DNA of 64,000 nt from Microbacterium sp. (lineage in GTDB: Bacteria; Actinomycetota; Actinomycetes; Actinomycetales; Microbacteriaceae): the NCBI GenBank assembly GCA_031555335.1, contig JAVBUN010000096.1:2893-66892 (forward strand), in the 5' to 3' direction. A model generated the notes under the pieces. It had not been told where the DNA came from. It searched no databases and saw only the letters and a list, made by a program, of their open reading frames with translations. Below, piece after piece: positions 38,064-49,047 of this stretch; position 1 is the first letter of the stretch; every line of letters begins with the position of its first letter. Made by a program: the position numbers and the translations under genes.

Positions 38064-39589
38064 GCCGCGTCCTCCAGGATCATCCGGGCCACCTTCTCGC
38101 CGACGACGATGGCGGGCATCGCCGTCGTCGCACGCGGCACCGTTGGCATGATGGAGCAGTCCGCGACGCGGAGCCCCTCGACGCCGTGCACCCGTCCGCG
38201 CGCGTCGACGACCGCGAGCGGATCCGCGCTCGTCCCCATCCGGCACGTGCCGACCGGATGCCAGTAGTTGTCCGGACGCCGATAGAGGTGGGCGGCCAGC
38301 GCGGCCCGCTCGAACGTCCCGGGGCCGGGATGGATCTCCCGGCCCACCAGGGGGGCGAGCGCGGGCGACGCGGCGAGCTCGCGGAGGATCTCGGCACCGT
38401 CGACGAGCATCGCGACGTCGATCCCCTCCGGGTCGGCGAGGAAGCGGTGGTCGATCCACGGCTTCGCCTCGGCGTCGGTGCTGCGGATGCGGACGAAGCC
38501 GCGCGAGCGCGGCTGGAGCGCTGACGTGCCGATGCTCCACCGCTTGTCGTCGCCGCGGTGGGTCGGGCTGTACGGCAGGAAGTGCAGGTCGAACGCCTCG
38601 GTCTCGTGCCGCGAGGCGGCCTTGCCCATCGCCTGCTCGTCGGGCGCCCAGCCGGTGCGGCGGGCCTCGTCCATCGCGGCCGTCATCCGGTCCGATCCCT
38701 GCCAGCTCATGAGGAGGAACGGCTGGTCGTGGAGGTTCTCGCCGACGCCGGGGAGGTGCGTGACGACCGTGATGTCGAGCGGTGCGAGCTGTGCCGCGGG
38801 CCCGATTCCCGAGCGCAGCAGCACGGTCGGAGAGTTGTAGGCTCCGCCGCAGAGCACGACGGTCCCCGCCCAGACGACGATGCTCGCGCCGTCGTGGCGC
38901 ACCACGACCCCGGTCGCGACGCCCCCCTCGATCACGACGCGCTCGACGAGCGCGTCGCCGACGATGCGGAGATTCGGCAGCGCGCGCACGGGATCGAGGT
39001 AGGCGAAGGACGCGTTCACCCGGACGCCGTCCTGGATATTCATCGCCTCGGGGGCGAACCCCGCCGCCTCGTCGAGATCGTTGAGGCTGGCGAGCGTGGG
39101 CATGCCCACCGACGGGGCGGCCTCGTACCAGGCGTGCTGCCATGGGGTGAGTTCATCCGGTGTGAACTGCCGCACCCGCATCCGCCGCATCCCCTCCTCG
39201 AAGAGGGGCACGAGGTCATCGGCGGCCCATCCCTCGAGCCCGGCCTCCGCCCAGGCGTCGTAGTCCCGGCGGTGACCCCACGTCTGGGTGCAGCCGTTGA
39301 CGTCCGAGGAGCCGCCGATCGCCCGGGCCCGCTCGAACCCGACCGACCACGGGTAGGTGTCCCCCGAGTCGTAGCCCCAGTCATGGGAGCGCCCGAGGCG
39401 GGTGGCATCGACGAAATCAGCGGGCCAGCGCGCGTCGCCCTCCGGACCGAAGTCGGGTCCGGCCTCGAGGACGAGGACCTCGTGCCCGGCCTCCGCGAGA
39501 CGGGCGGCCACCACGCTGCCCGACGTCCCACCCCCGACCACCACGTACTCCGCCCGGGTGGGCATCTCGCGGGGGGACGTCGACGTCAT
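38060..39589 (-). CDS. GMC family oxidoreductase (choline-dehydrogenase-like)
   Basis: 'VGGGTSG', 'IGGSS.VNG', 'LLRSGIG', 'GVGENLHD', 'HPVGTCRMG'. Confidence 0.92.
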   Translation of the reverse strand: MTSTSPREMPTRAEYVVVGGGTSGSVVAARLAEAGHEVLVLEAGPDFGPEGDARWPADFVDATRLGRSHDWGYDSGDTYPWSVGFERARAIGGSSDVNGCTQTWGHRRDYDAWAEAGLEGWAADDLVPLFEEGMRRMRVRQFTPDELTPWQHAWYEAAPSVGMPTLASLNDLDEAAGFAPEAMNIQDGVRVNASFAYLDPVRALPNLRIVGDALVERVVIEGGVATGVVVRHDGASIVVWAGTVVLCGGAYNSPTVLLRSGIGPAAQLAPLDITVVTHLPGVGENLHDQPFLLMSWQGSDRMTAAMDEARRTGWAPDEQAMGKAASRHETEAFDLHFLPYSPTHRGDDKRWSIGTSALQPRSRGFVRIRSTDAEAKPWIDHRFLADPEGIDVAMLVDGAEILRELAASPALAPLVGREIHPGPGTFERAALAAHLYRRPDNYWHPVGTCRMGTSADPLAVVDARGRVHGVEGLRVADCSIMPTVPRATTAMPAIVVGEKVARMILEDAA

Positions 39590-40212
39590 GCGCTTGCCCG
39601 CTGCTCGAGCCACGCGGCGACGTCGTCGGACACCACGAGCGCGTCGCGCTGGAGGTACTGCACGGCTTCGAGCGCGTGGTCGTGGGCACGACGCGTCGAG
39701 CCGCCCACGCAGTCGGTGATCACGCGCACCCGGTAGTCGTGTTGGTGGGCGTCGACGGCGGTGTAGTGGATGCACACGTCGGTCAGCCCGCCCACGAGCA
39801 GCAGGGTCTCCGCCTTGTACGCCTTCAGGACGATCTCGAGCTCCGTGCCGAAGAACGCCGAGTACCGCCGCTTCCGGATGACGAACTCCTCCGGGCGCGG
39901 ATCCAGCCAGGAAGCCAGCTCCGTGCCGTCGTCGCCCTCGATGCAGTGCGGCCCCTCGTCGCCGTCGAGTTCGCGTCCGATGTCGACGAGCGAGCGCTTG
40001 TGCACCTCCTGGATGAACACGACGGGCACGTCCGCCGCACGGGCGAGGTCGATGAGCCGTCGCACGCGCGGAGCGCGCTCCGCCTTGCCGCCCATGACGG
40101 GGATGCCGCCCTCGGCGGCCGGCGCGGTGCCGGAGCCGCCCTGGATGTCGACGACGACGAGAACGGGATTGCCGACGATGGCGACGCGGTCGGTGGTGTC
40201 GGGCGTGGTCAT
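39586..40212 (-). CDS. Isochorismatase/cysteine hydrolase family protein
   Basis: D ('VVDIQ'), K ('KRRYSAFFGT'), C ('TDVC') triad. Confidence 0.9.
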   Translation of the reverse strand: MTTPDTTDRVAIVGNPVLVVVDIQGGSGTAPAAEGGIPVMGGKAERAPRVRRLIDLARAADVPVVFIQEVHKRSLVDIGRELDGDEGPHCIEGDDGTELASWLDPRPEEFVIRKRRYSAFFGTELEIVLKAYKAETLLLVGGLTDVCIHYTAVDAHQHDYRVRVITDCVGGSTRRAHDHALEAVQYLQRDALVVSDDVAAWLEQRASA

Positions 40213-40223
40213 GGGAACTCCGT

Positions 40224-41243
40224 TCAGGGCCGGTCGAGAAGTCGACGCGGGGTGTGGATGAGGATGGCATCGGCGGCGGCCTGGTCCCCCGACGCGAGCC
40301 GCGAGATGGCCGGGCCGACCCTGCGGAACAGGTGGTCGTAGCCGTTGCCGCCGTTGCGGTGCAGGTTCGCCTGGCTCCACACGTCCGCACCCACGATGAG
40401 CTGGTCCCGGTACCCCTCCGAGAGGAGCCACTCGACCATCTCGAGCCGCTCACCGTCGGTCGGGTTCCGGAGGGCGGGCGAGCCGTAGAAGAAGTCCGAA
40501 CCCCACGTGTCGTAGGCGAGCACCGCCCCGGCCTGGGCGATTTCCCGGTGGTAGCCGGGGTCCCAGAGCTCGTCGAGGTGCCCGATGACGATGCGCTCGG
40601 CGGGCATCCCCTCCTCGATCAGCACCTCGAGGACGCTGGTCCCGCCGGTCCCGCGGAAGGACTGGTGCGTGTAGACGGCGGCGCCGGTCTCGACGCCGGC
40701 GCGGGCGGCGGCGCGGAGGACGCGCCATTCGGCGTCGGTGATCGGCCAGCTCGTGCCGATCTCGCCCAGGATGGCGGGCAGGATGCCGGTGCCGTCGATC
40801 CCCTCGGTCAGCTGGGCGATGAGCATCTCGGTGAGCGTGTCGACGTCGGCCGTCCGCACCGTCTCGGTCATCGTCTCCTCGACGTAGAACCCCGCGCCGA
40901 CGCAGATGTTCACCCCGGAGCGACGCGAGATCTCCGGGAGCTCGGCGATGCGCCGGCCCATCCCCTCGAGCGTCAGCTCCACGACGGCAGAACCGCCCGC
41001 GGCACGCACCCAGGCGAGCTCCTCGGCGGCGACGACCGGATCGTGCAGCACGAGGTTGTCGGGGAGCGCGAGGAAGTTCCAGCGCAGGTAGGCCATCAGC
41101 TCGGGACCCATCGCCACGCCCTCCGGGGGCGCCTCGGTCTGGGGCTTCGCCCACAGGCTCAGATCGCTCAGCACGTGCTCGTGCATCGACGTGGGGCCGA
41201 GCTGGTCGGCCGGGATCGGGCCGAGCACGGTGTGGATGGGCAT
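40224..41243 (-). CDS. Phosphotriesterase-related hydrolase (intact site)
   Basis: 'MHEH', 'LGEIG', 'YTH', 'IGHLD', 'GAD'. Confidence 0.88.
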   Translation of the reverse strand: MPIHTVLGPIPADQLGPTSMHEHVLSDLSLWAKPQTEAPPEGVAMGPELMAYLRWNFLALPDNLVLHDPVVAAEELAWVRAAGGSAVVELTLEGMGRRIAELPEISRRSGVNICVGAGFYVEETMTETVRTADVDTLTEMLIAQLTEGIDGTGILPAILGEIGTSWPITDAEWRVLRAAARAGVETGAAVYTHQSFRGTGGTSVLEVLIEEGMPAERIVIGHLDELWDPGYHREIAQAGAVLAYDTWGSDFFYGSPALRNPTDGERLEMVEWLLSEGYRDQLIVGADVWSQANLHRNGGNGYDHLFRRVGPAISRLASGDQAAADAILIHTPRRLLDRP

Positions 41244-41267
41244 GCGACTCCTCGGGGGCGGTGCGGT

Positions 41268-42281
41268 TCAGGCGCCGAAGACGGCTCTGCGGGGGTTGTC
41301 GCGATGAATGGCGTCGAGCACGTCGGGCTCGATGCCCGCCTCGATCGCGAGGGCGCGGAACTCCTCGAACAGGAAGGTGTAGCCGGGACCGCCGTAGGCG
41401 CGCAGGTGCGATCGCTGGCACACGTCCTGCGAGAGGAGCAGCTTCCCGGCGTACCCGGCGGCGATCAGCGTCTTCAGATAGTCGATCCGTCGGTCGATCT
41501 GGGAGCGCACGAGCTGCCCGCCCACGCGGCAGGTCATCAGGCAGTCGAACTCGACGAACGCGCCCCGGCGGAGGATCTCGAGCGAGTACTCCACGCTCTT
41601 GACGGTGTCCGCGTGACCGATCACCACGCGTGCCGGGTCCACCCCCTCCTCCTCGAGGATGTCGAGTTGCGCGAGGCCGGTCGGGAAGGTGGCGGCGTGG
41701 GTGGAGACCATGATGCCGGTCTCGCGGCTCGCCCGTCCGGCCGCGCGGAAGGAGCGCTCCTCGACGGCGGTGATGTGGGAGAGGTCCGAGGCGATCTCTC
41801 CGATGACACCGGAGCGGACGCCCGTCCCCGGGATCTCGTCGAGCAGGTCCGCGATGAGGTGGTCGGCGAGCATGTTCGTCGAGGTGCGGTCGAACCACGT
41901 CTTGTCGAGGTAGGTGTCGTAATAGTGGCCGGTGCCGAGGATCACCTGGACACCGGTGAGCTCGGCCGCCTCCTTCGTGGCGAGCACGTTGGCGACCGAC
42001 CGGGATCCGGTCCGCGGGTTCTGCTGCATCAGGGACAGATCGTCGGTCCACCCGACCGGCGCGGCGTAGTCGCTCAGCTCACCGTTGGTCATGTCGATGA
42101 TCGTCGAGCCGCCCGCCATCCGGAATCCCCGCAGCTCCGCCTCCATCTCGGCGGCGACGTTCAGGTACCCGTCCTGCGGGGTCGTGAGCGTCATGTTGAT
42201 GTAGACGTGCTCGTGCGGGAGCGTCACGCCCAGGTCGCCGGGGCCGATCGGTCCCGTGACGGTCTGCACCGTGTCGACCAC
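41268..42281 (-). CDS. Phosphotriesterase-homology (PHP-like) hydrolase (intact site)
   Basis: 'LPHEH', 'IGEIA', 'STH', 'IGHAD', 'LSQDVC'. Confidence 0.88.
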   Translation of the reverse strand: MVDTVQTVTGPIGPGDLGVTLPHEHVYINMTLTTPQDGYLNVAAEMEAELRGFRMAGGSTIIDMTNGELSDYAAPVGWTDDLSLMQQNPRTGSRSVANVLATKEAAELTGVQVILGTGHYYDTYLDKTWFDRTSTNMLADHLIADLLDEIPGTGVRSGVIGEIASDLSHITAVEERSFRAAGRASRETGIMVSTHAATFPTGLAQLDILEEEGVDPARVVIGHADTVKSVEYSLEILRRGAFVEFDCLMTCRVGGQLVRSQIDRRIDYLKTLIAAGYAGKLLLSQDVCQRSHLRAYGGPGYTFLFEEFRALAIEAGIEPDVLDAIHRDNPRRAVFGA

Positions 42282-42308
42282 GGATGCCTCCTTCTCGCCG
42301 TGCGGCGC

Positions 42309-43766
<1,458 letters not shown>

Positions 43767-43784
43767 CGGTGTTCCTCTCGGAGA

Positions 43785-45314
43785 TCAGAAGATCTCGAAG
43801 TATTCGCGCTGCTCCCAGTCGGAGACGTGACGCAGGTATCGGCCGAACTCGGCGCGCTTGATCGTCGCGTACCAGTCCACCACGGTGGCCCCGAGCGCCG
43901 TCCGGAAGGCGTCGTCCGCGACCAGCGCGTCCACCGCGTTGCCGAGGGAGGCGGGGAGGGCAGGTGCGTCGGTGCGGTACGGGTCGGTGGTCGGCGCCGG
44001 GGGGACGAGGCCGCGCTCCATGCCGTCCATGCCGCTGATCACCTGGGACGCGATGTACAGGTACGGGTTCGCGGCGGGCTCCCCGGAACGGTTCTCGAGG
44101 CGCGTTGCCGGGTCGCCCGCTCCGCCGACGGCCCGGATCATCGCCCCCTTGTTGTCGACGCCCCACGCGACCCGGTCCGGGGCGAGGGAGAACGGCTGGT
44201 ACCGCTTGTACCCGTTGACGGTCGGCGTCGTGAACGCCGCCGCCGCGGGCGCATGCGCGAGGAGGCCGGCGAGGTACGCGGTGCCGAGGGGACTCAGCGG
44301 CACGCCCGTCTCGGCCGGCACGAAGGCGGCCTCGCCGGTGGCGAGGTCGTACAGCGACTGGTGCAGGTGCCACCCGGTCGACGCCCCCTCGGCGCCCTGC
44401 GGACGGGACATGAAGGTGGCGTGGTAGCCGAGTCCCCGGGCGATCCGGCGCACCGCCATCCGGCACAGCACGATCGCGTCGGCGATCTGCGCCGCATCCC
44501 CCGCCTCCATGGTGATCTCGAACTGGCTGGGTCCGAACTCGAGCTCGATCGACCGCAGCGGCAGATCGAGCAGGGTGAGTCCCTCGTACAGCGCATCGAC
44601 CAGGGGCTGCATCGCGTCGAGCGACTCCTCGTGCAGCAGCTGCGCGCCGCGGGTGGTCGGCAGGGTGGGGATCGCCTCGCCGGGACGCCCGGGAGCGCCC
44701 ACGTGGCTCGCGTCGAGGTCGCCGCCGGAGGGCCGGTAGACGTGGAACTCGAGCTCCGCGCCGACCGTCATGCCGTAGCCGCGCGAGCCCAGGGTGGTCA
44801 GCTCGGTGCGCAGGATGGATCGCGTGCAGAACGGCACCGGGGATCCGTCCGGGAAGCGCAGGTCGCACAGGACCCAGCCGGTGCGCTTCGTCCACGGGAG
44901 CACCCGGAACGTCTCCGGGTCGGGCACGAGCACGATGTCGCCGGCGCCGCTGAACCCGTCGACGCCGACACCCGTCTCGGCCGAGAACACGGAGAACACC
45001 GACTGGCCCGAGGTGTCCTTCAGCAGGAGCGAGCTCGGCACGGTGATCCCCGCCCGCATCGCGGCGGGCACTCCTGCGCGGGTGATCGTCTTCCCGCGGA
45101 GGATGCCGTGCTGGTCGACGAAAGAGAACCGCACCATCTCGATGCCGATCTCGTCCATGACGCGGCGCATCTGGCCGGCGGACGCGTACTGCGCCTCGGA
45201 CCAGAGATCGTGGCGGGCGATGAAGCCCGTGCGATCCGCGGCGAGCATGGGTCGCGCCGAGACCCCGCCGCCGTTCTCGGAGACCGGGCGCTCGTCCGCG
45301 TTGCGTTCACGCAT
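43785..45314 (-). CDS. Glutamine synthetase-like gamma-glutamyl-amide ligase
   Basis: 'ELEF', 'E.GPSQFE', 'GWHLHQS', 'RLENR'; no DGSS motif; GGAGG RBS. Confidence 0.85.
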   Translation of the reverse strand: MRERNADERPVSENGGGVSARPMLAADRTGFIARHDLWSEAQYASAGQMRRVMDEIGIEMVRFSFVDQHGILRGKTITRAGVPAAMRAGITVPSSLLLKDTSGQSVFSVFSAETGVGVDGFSGAGDIVLVPDPETFRVLPWTKRTGWVLCDLRFPDGSPVPFCTRSILRTELTTLGSRGYGMTVGAELEFHVYRPSGGDLDASHVGAPGRPGEAIPTLPTTRGAQLLHEESLDAMQPLVDALYEGLTLLDLPLRSIELEFGPSQFEITMEAGDAAQIADAIVLCRMAVRRIARGLGYHATFMSRPQGAEGASTGWHLHQSLYDLATGEAAFVPAETGVPLSPLGTAYLAGLLAHAPAAAAFTTPTVNGYKRYQPFSLAPDRVAWGVDNKGAMIRAVGGAGDPATRLENRSGEPAANPYLYIASQVISGMDGMERGLVPPAPTTDPYRTDAPALPASLGNAVDALVADDAFRTALGATVVDWYATIKRAEFGRYLRHVSDWEQREYFEIF

Positions 45315-46644
45315 CGACGGCGACCTCCGCGTTCGTCCGCGGTCCTGCCCACGGCGACGCCGCACGGCGCTCACGCTCGCGATCGACCCAGCGCGTCTGC
45401 CACGCGTCGTTCGCGGCGATCGTGTCCATGGCGATCGGCCCCGTGAGCGCGGCCGCCTCTTCTTCGCTGACCGGATGCGACGGGGTCTGCGCGCCGGCGG
45501 CGAACGCGTCGATGGCGCGCAGGAGCAGCCGTCGGTTCGCGCTCACGGCGCGATCGGACACCCCGAGGCGCTCGACCGTACGGTCCTGGATCGTGCCCAT
45601 GCTCTCCACGGCCCACTGGTCGTGCACGTTGATGTCGAGCCCCATGCCGGTGTAGGTGAGCTCTTTCTGCTCCTGCGGGTCGAAGCCCCAGTTGTTGCTG
45701 CGGTTGCGCAGCGGCCGGTAGTCGGGCAGGCTCACGCCGTCCAGGCGCTGCTGCAGCAGGGTGTCCTTGTCGGTGGTCTCCGCGAAGTCGTACCAGATCA
45801 TGTACCAGTACGAGGTCTCGTCGTCGATCGGCACATGCCACTGGGTGAAGACCTTGGTGTTGCCGAACGGCACGACGAAGGCGTTCGGGAAGAGCAGGTT
45901 CGTCACGCGCACGTGCTTTATGTCCTCGGTGAGCTGGCGGAGCGCGTACACGCGGAGCCCGTGCTCGGCGTTCTCGACCTCGATGTCGGGGCGGTAGCTC
46001 TCCCCGACGAGCATCGAGAGCTTCTTGCCGGTGCCCTCGACCTCTTCGGCGAACTGCTGGCCGTACATCTCCCGCGGGTCCTCCTCGATGAACCGGTGCA
46101 GGAACGAGACGTGGCTCGGGTCGATGCCGCCCTCGAGACCCTGCAGCCAGTTGCACTCCCAGAGGCCCTTGAAGGCGAAGGTGTACTCCTCGGGCGCGAC
46201 GAAGCAGTCGTAGTGCGGGAAAGGCGGCGGGTCGCCCGCCCCCATGTAGGTGAAGATGATGCCGTTGCGCTCGATGCACGGGTAGTTCGCGATGCGCACC
46301 TTGCCGAGGAACTGGCTGTGGTCGGGTTCCGCCGGCTGCTCGACGCATCGACCCTCGCCGTTGTAGAGCCACCCGTGGTAGAGGCAGCGGATGCCGTCCT
46401 CCTCGAGTCGTCCGTACGACAGGTCGACGCCGCGGTGCGCGCAGTACCGGCTGATCAGCCCCCACCCCTCGCGCTTCTTGAACAGCACGAGGTCCTCGCT
46501 CATGATCCGCACCTGCTTGACGGGGCGCTCCCCCGGCATCTCCGACACGAGGCCGGCGGGCTGCCAGTACGACCGCAGCAGCGAGCCCAAGGGCGTCCCC
46601 GGGCCGGAACGCGTGATCTTCTCGTTGTCTTCCTGCTTCAGCAT
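45307..46644 (-). CDS. Rieske non-heme iron oxygenase alpha subunit (phthalate-dioxygenase/VanA-like group)
   Basis: 'CAHRG...CLYHGW'; mononuclear site 'EGGIDPSHVSFLH...HD'. Confidence 0.92.
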   Translation of the reverse strand: MLKQEDNEKITRSGPGTPLGSLLRSYWQPAGLVSEMPGERPVKQVRIMSEDLVLFKKREGWGLISRYCAHRGVDLSYGRLEEDGIRCLYHGWLYNGEGRCVEQPAEPDHSQFLGKVRIANYPCIERNGIIFTYMGAGDPPPFPHYDCFVAPEEYTFAFKGLWECNWLQGLEGGIDPSHVSFLHRFIEEDPREMYGQQFAEEVEGTGKKLSMLVGESYRPDIEVENAEHGLRVYALRQLTEDIKHVRVTNLLFPNAFVVPFGNTKVFTQWHVPIDDETSYWYMIWYDFAETTDKDTLLQQRLDGVSLPDYRPLRNRSNNWGFDPQEQKELTYTGMGLDINVHDQWAVESMGTIQDRTVERLGVSDRAVSANRRLLLRAIDAFAAGAQTPSHPVSEEEAAALTGPIAMDTIAANDAWQTRWVDRERERRAASPWAGPRTNAEVAVDA

Positions 46645-46654
46645 GGGCGTTCCC

Positions 46655-46688
46655 TCGTATCCGATAGTCGAAGCTTTGTATCCAATAT
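46655..46688. promoter_or_regulatory. Paired GntR operator G
   Basis: GTATCC cores at 46657 and 46678. Confidence 0.65.
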
Positions 46689-46698
46689 AGTGACGCGG

Positions 46699-47646
46699 TC
46701 AGGCGTCGAGGACGAGCAGCGGGCACGCGGCGCGGGAGACGCAGACCATCATGCAGTCGTTGCGCGCCTTCTCCTGCGCGGTGAGCACGAAATCGCGGTG
46801 CTCCACCTCGCCGTCGAGCACGGCCGTCTCGCAGCTGCCGCAGATCCCCTCTTCGCAGTCCGACAGCACATCGATGCCGGCCTCGCGCATGACCTCCAGC
46901 ACCGACACGTCCGGCTGCACCTCGAGCTCGAGGCCGGACCGGGACAGCTGGATGCGGAATGCGCCGCCGGGCTCGTACTCGACGGTGGGGGCCGAGAAGT
47001 ACTCGACCCGGAGGCGCCCGGAATCCTCGGGCAGCTGCTCACGGAGTGCGGTCAGCATCCGCTCGGGGCCGCACGCGTAGACGAGCGCACCCGGGCGTGC
47101 GGAGATCTCCGCCGGCAGGTCGATCCGATCCGCCTCGTCCCGGGCGACGACGACGACCGAGCCCCCCTCGAGAGCGTCGATCTCATGGAGGAACGGCATG
47201 CGCGAGCGGGAGGAGCCGAGGTACAGGAGCGTCCACGGGATGCCGGCGACCGAGGCGGCACGCATCATGGGGAGGATCGGGGTGACGCCGATTCCCCCGG
47301 CGACGAAGAGATACTCGCTCGCCGGCTCGAGCAGGAAGTGCGTGCGCGGTCCGCGGATGAGCACCGTGTCGCCCGGACGCAGCCGCTCGTGCACGGCACG
47401 TGATCCTCCCCTGCTCGATTCCTCGAGCAGCACCGCGATGCGGTAGCTCGCCGCGTCGATGGGCCCGCACAGCGAGTACGGACGGACGGGGGCGCCGGGG
47501 ACGACGAGATCAATGTGCCCGCCCGGCTGCCACTCCGGCAGCCGCCCGTCGATCGCCTCCAGCTCGACACTCAGCACGCGCTCCGCCTCGAGTCGCAGGG
47601 ATCGCACGCGGACCGGGATATCGGCGGTCTCCTCGCTCACGGTCAT
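46699..47646 (-). CDS. PDR/VanB-family oxidoreductase (FMN/NADH/2Fe-2S)
   Basis: 'R.YSL', 'SRGGS', 'AGGIG.TP', 'YACGP', 'CEEGICGSC...C'. Confidence 0.93.
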   Translation of the reverse strand: MTVSEETADIPVRVRSLRLEAERVLSVELEAIDGRLPEWQPGGHIDLVVPGAPVRPYSLCGPIDAASYRIAVLLEESSRGGSRAVHERLRPGDTVLIRGPRTHFLLEPASEYLFVAGGIGVTPILPMMRAASVAGIPWTLLYLGSSRSRMPFLHEIDALEGGSVVVVARDEADRIDLPAEISARPGALVYACGPERMLTALREQLPEDSGRLRVEYFSAPTVEYEPGGAFRIQLSRSGLELEVQPDVSVLEVMREAGIDVLSDCEEGICGSCETAVLDGEVEHRDFVLTAQEKARNDCMMVCVSRAACPLLVLDA

Positions 47647-47647
47647 A

Positions 47648-47680
47648 GTTGGATCCTAACATGACGGTTCTGGATCCAAT
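47648..47680. promoter_or_regulatory. Paired GntR operator H (between reductase and GntR genes)
   Basis: GGATCC cores at 47651 and 47672. Confidence 0.78.
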
Positions 47681-47794
47681 AACGACCGAAATGGACGCCA
47701 CGCGGGAAGAGGCCTGCTCGGCACACGGGCGTTCTGGTACGTTTCCAACGCGCGGCACTGGTTGGGGGCGGCGCGTGACGCAGGAGGAAACCGT

Positions 47795-48514
47795 ATGAGC
47801 GTTGGCGACGTCGCGACGTCGGAAGCGACCGGGCATGCGCTCGTCGACGAGATCGCCGCGAAGATCCGAGCGCGCATCATGTCCGGCGACATCCCGATCG
47901 GGGCGCAACTGCGCCAGGCGGAACTGGCGAGCGACTTCGGGGTCAGTCGCACCCCGGTGCGCGAGGCCCTCCGACAGCTGCAGGCCGGCGGACTGATCGA
48001 CGTCGTGCCGAACCGCGGTGCGGTCGTGCGCGTCCCCTCCCCCTGGGAGGTGCGCGAGGCGTACGAGGTCCGCGCCGAGCTCGAGGCCCTCGCCGCCGCC
48101 CGCTGCGTGAGCCGGGTCTCCCGTGCGGACATCGAGAAGCTGCACGCGGCGAACCAGGCCATGTACGACCGTTCCCTCGCGGAGAACCAGCCCGCGCGCG
48201 AGGTCGCGCTCGACAGCCGTCGTGAGAACGACCTGTTCCACAACACGATCACGGCCGTCTCGGCGAACGAGCGGCTCGCCCGCACGATCGACGAGATCAA
48301 CGAGAACTTCCCCCGGAACGTCTCCGCGCAGCTTCTCGTCGGCGACGCCCGGCACCGCGACGAGAACTACGAGGAGCACTCCCGGATCATCGAGGCGCTC
48401 GAGCGCGGCGACGCGGAGACCGCTCAGGCCGAGATGCGGCGGCACGTGCTCAAGGCGGGCGAGCAGCTCGCCCAGTGGTACGAGCGTCGTTCGTCGACGG
48501 TCTTCAAGGGCTGA
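47795..48514 (+). CDS. GntR/FadR (FCD) family regulator, VanR-like; candidate master regulator
   Basis: 'GVSRTPVREAL', 'R..LE', 'N..FH', 'EH..I..A', 'M..H'. Confidence 0.92.
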   Translation: MSVGDVATSEATGHALVDEIAAKIRARIMSGDIPIGAQLRQAELASDFGVSRTPVREALRQLQAGGLIDVVPNRGAVVRVPSPWEVREAYEVRAELEALAAARCVSRVSRADIEKLHAANQAMYDRSLAENQPAREVALDSRRENDLFHNTITAVSANERLARTIDEINENFPRNVSAQLLVGDARHRDENYEEHSRIIEALERGDAETAQAEMRRHVLKAGEQLAQWYERRSSTVFKG

Positions 48515-48527
48515 CCGCCGCCGACCC

Positions 48528-49043
48528 TCAGCCCGCGACGACGGCGGCGCCCATGAGGAGCACCGACAGTCCCATGCTGGCCTGCTGCACACGGTCGACG
48601 CGGCGGGTGCGGCGGATGAGGATGGACGCCGCGGCGTAACCCACGGCTCCGACGATCCCGGTGGCGGTCAGCGCGGACGCCGGACCGCCGTGGTGCCCGC
48701 TCGTCGCGACCTCGGCGGCCGCCGCGGGCACGGTCATCAGGATCAGCAGGAACGCCATGACGATCGCGCCGATGGCCTCGTGGGCGCGCGCGACGCGCCG
48801 CTCACCGGCGCCCGCGCGGCGACCCGGCGCTGCGAGGGAGACGACCGCGCCGGCCAGGAGAAGTCCCGACCACGCGATGGGCGCGAGCAGGACGGCGCCG
48901 GCAGCCGCATCCGCCATCGCGACCACCATGAGCAGCGTGAGGATCAGCCCGCGCACGCCGCCCGCGTGCCGGCGGTTGGCGAGCAGGCAGCAGCCGCCGA
49001 GGATCGTCGTGCCGAGCGCGCCGAGGTGCAGCGCCAGCCCCAT
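48528..49043 (-). CDS. Hypothetical membrane protein
   Basis: About 5-6 hydrophobic segments with His/Met residues; starts 4 bp after the amine oxidase stop. Confidence 0.65.
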   Translation of the reverse strand: MGLALHLGALGTTILGGCCLLANRRHAGGVRGLILTLLMVVAMADAAAGAVLLAPIAWSGLLLAGAVVSLAAPGRRAGAGERRVARAHEAIGAIVMAFLLILMTVPAAAAEVATSGHHGGPASALTATGIVGAVGYAAASILIRRTRRVDRVQQASMGLSVLLMGAAVVAG

Positions 49044-49047
49044 CGGC

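Noticed and set aside
18267-42281. Organophosphate-degradation (opd) cluster
   Set aside because: The intact PTE-family genes have a Glu bridge (PHP/PTER-like), not the carboxy-Lys OPH type, and two are degenerate; context points to C-N hydrolysis
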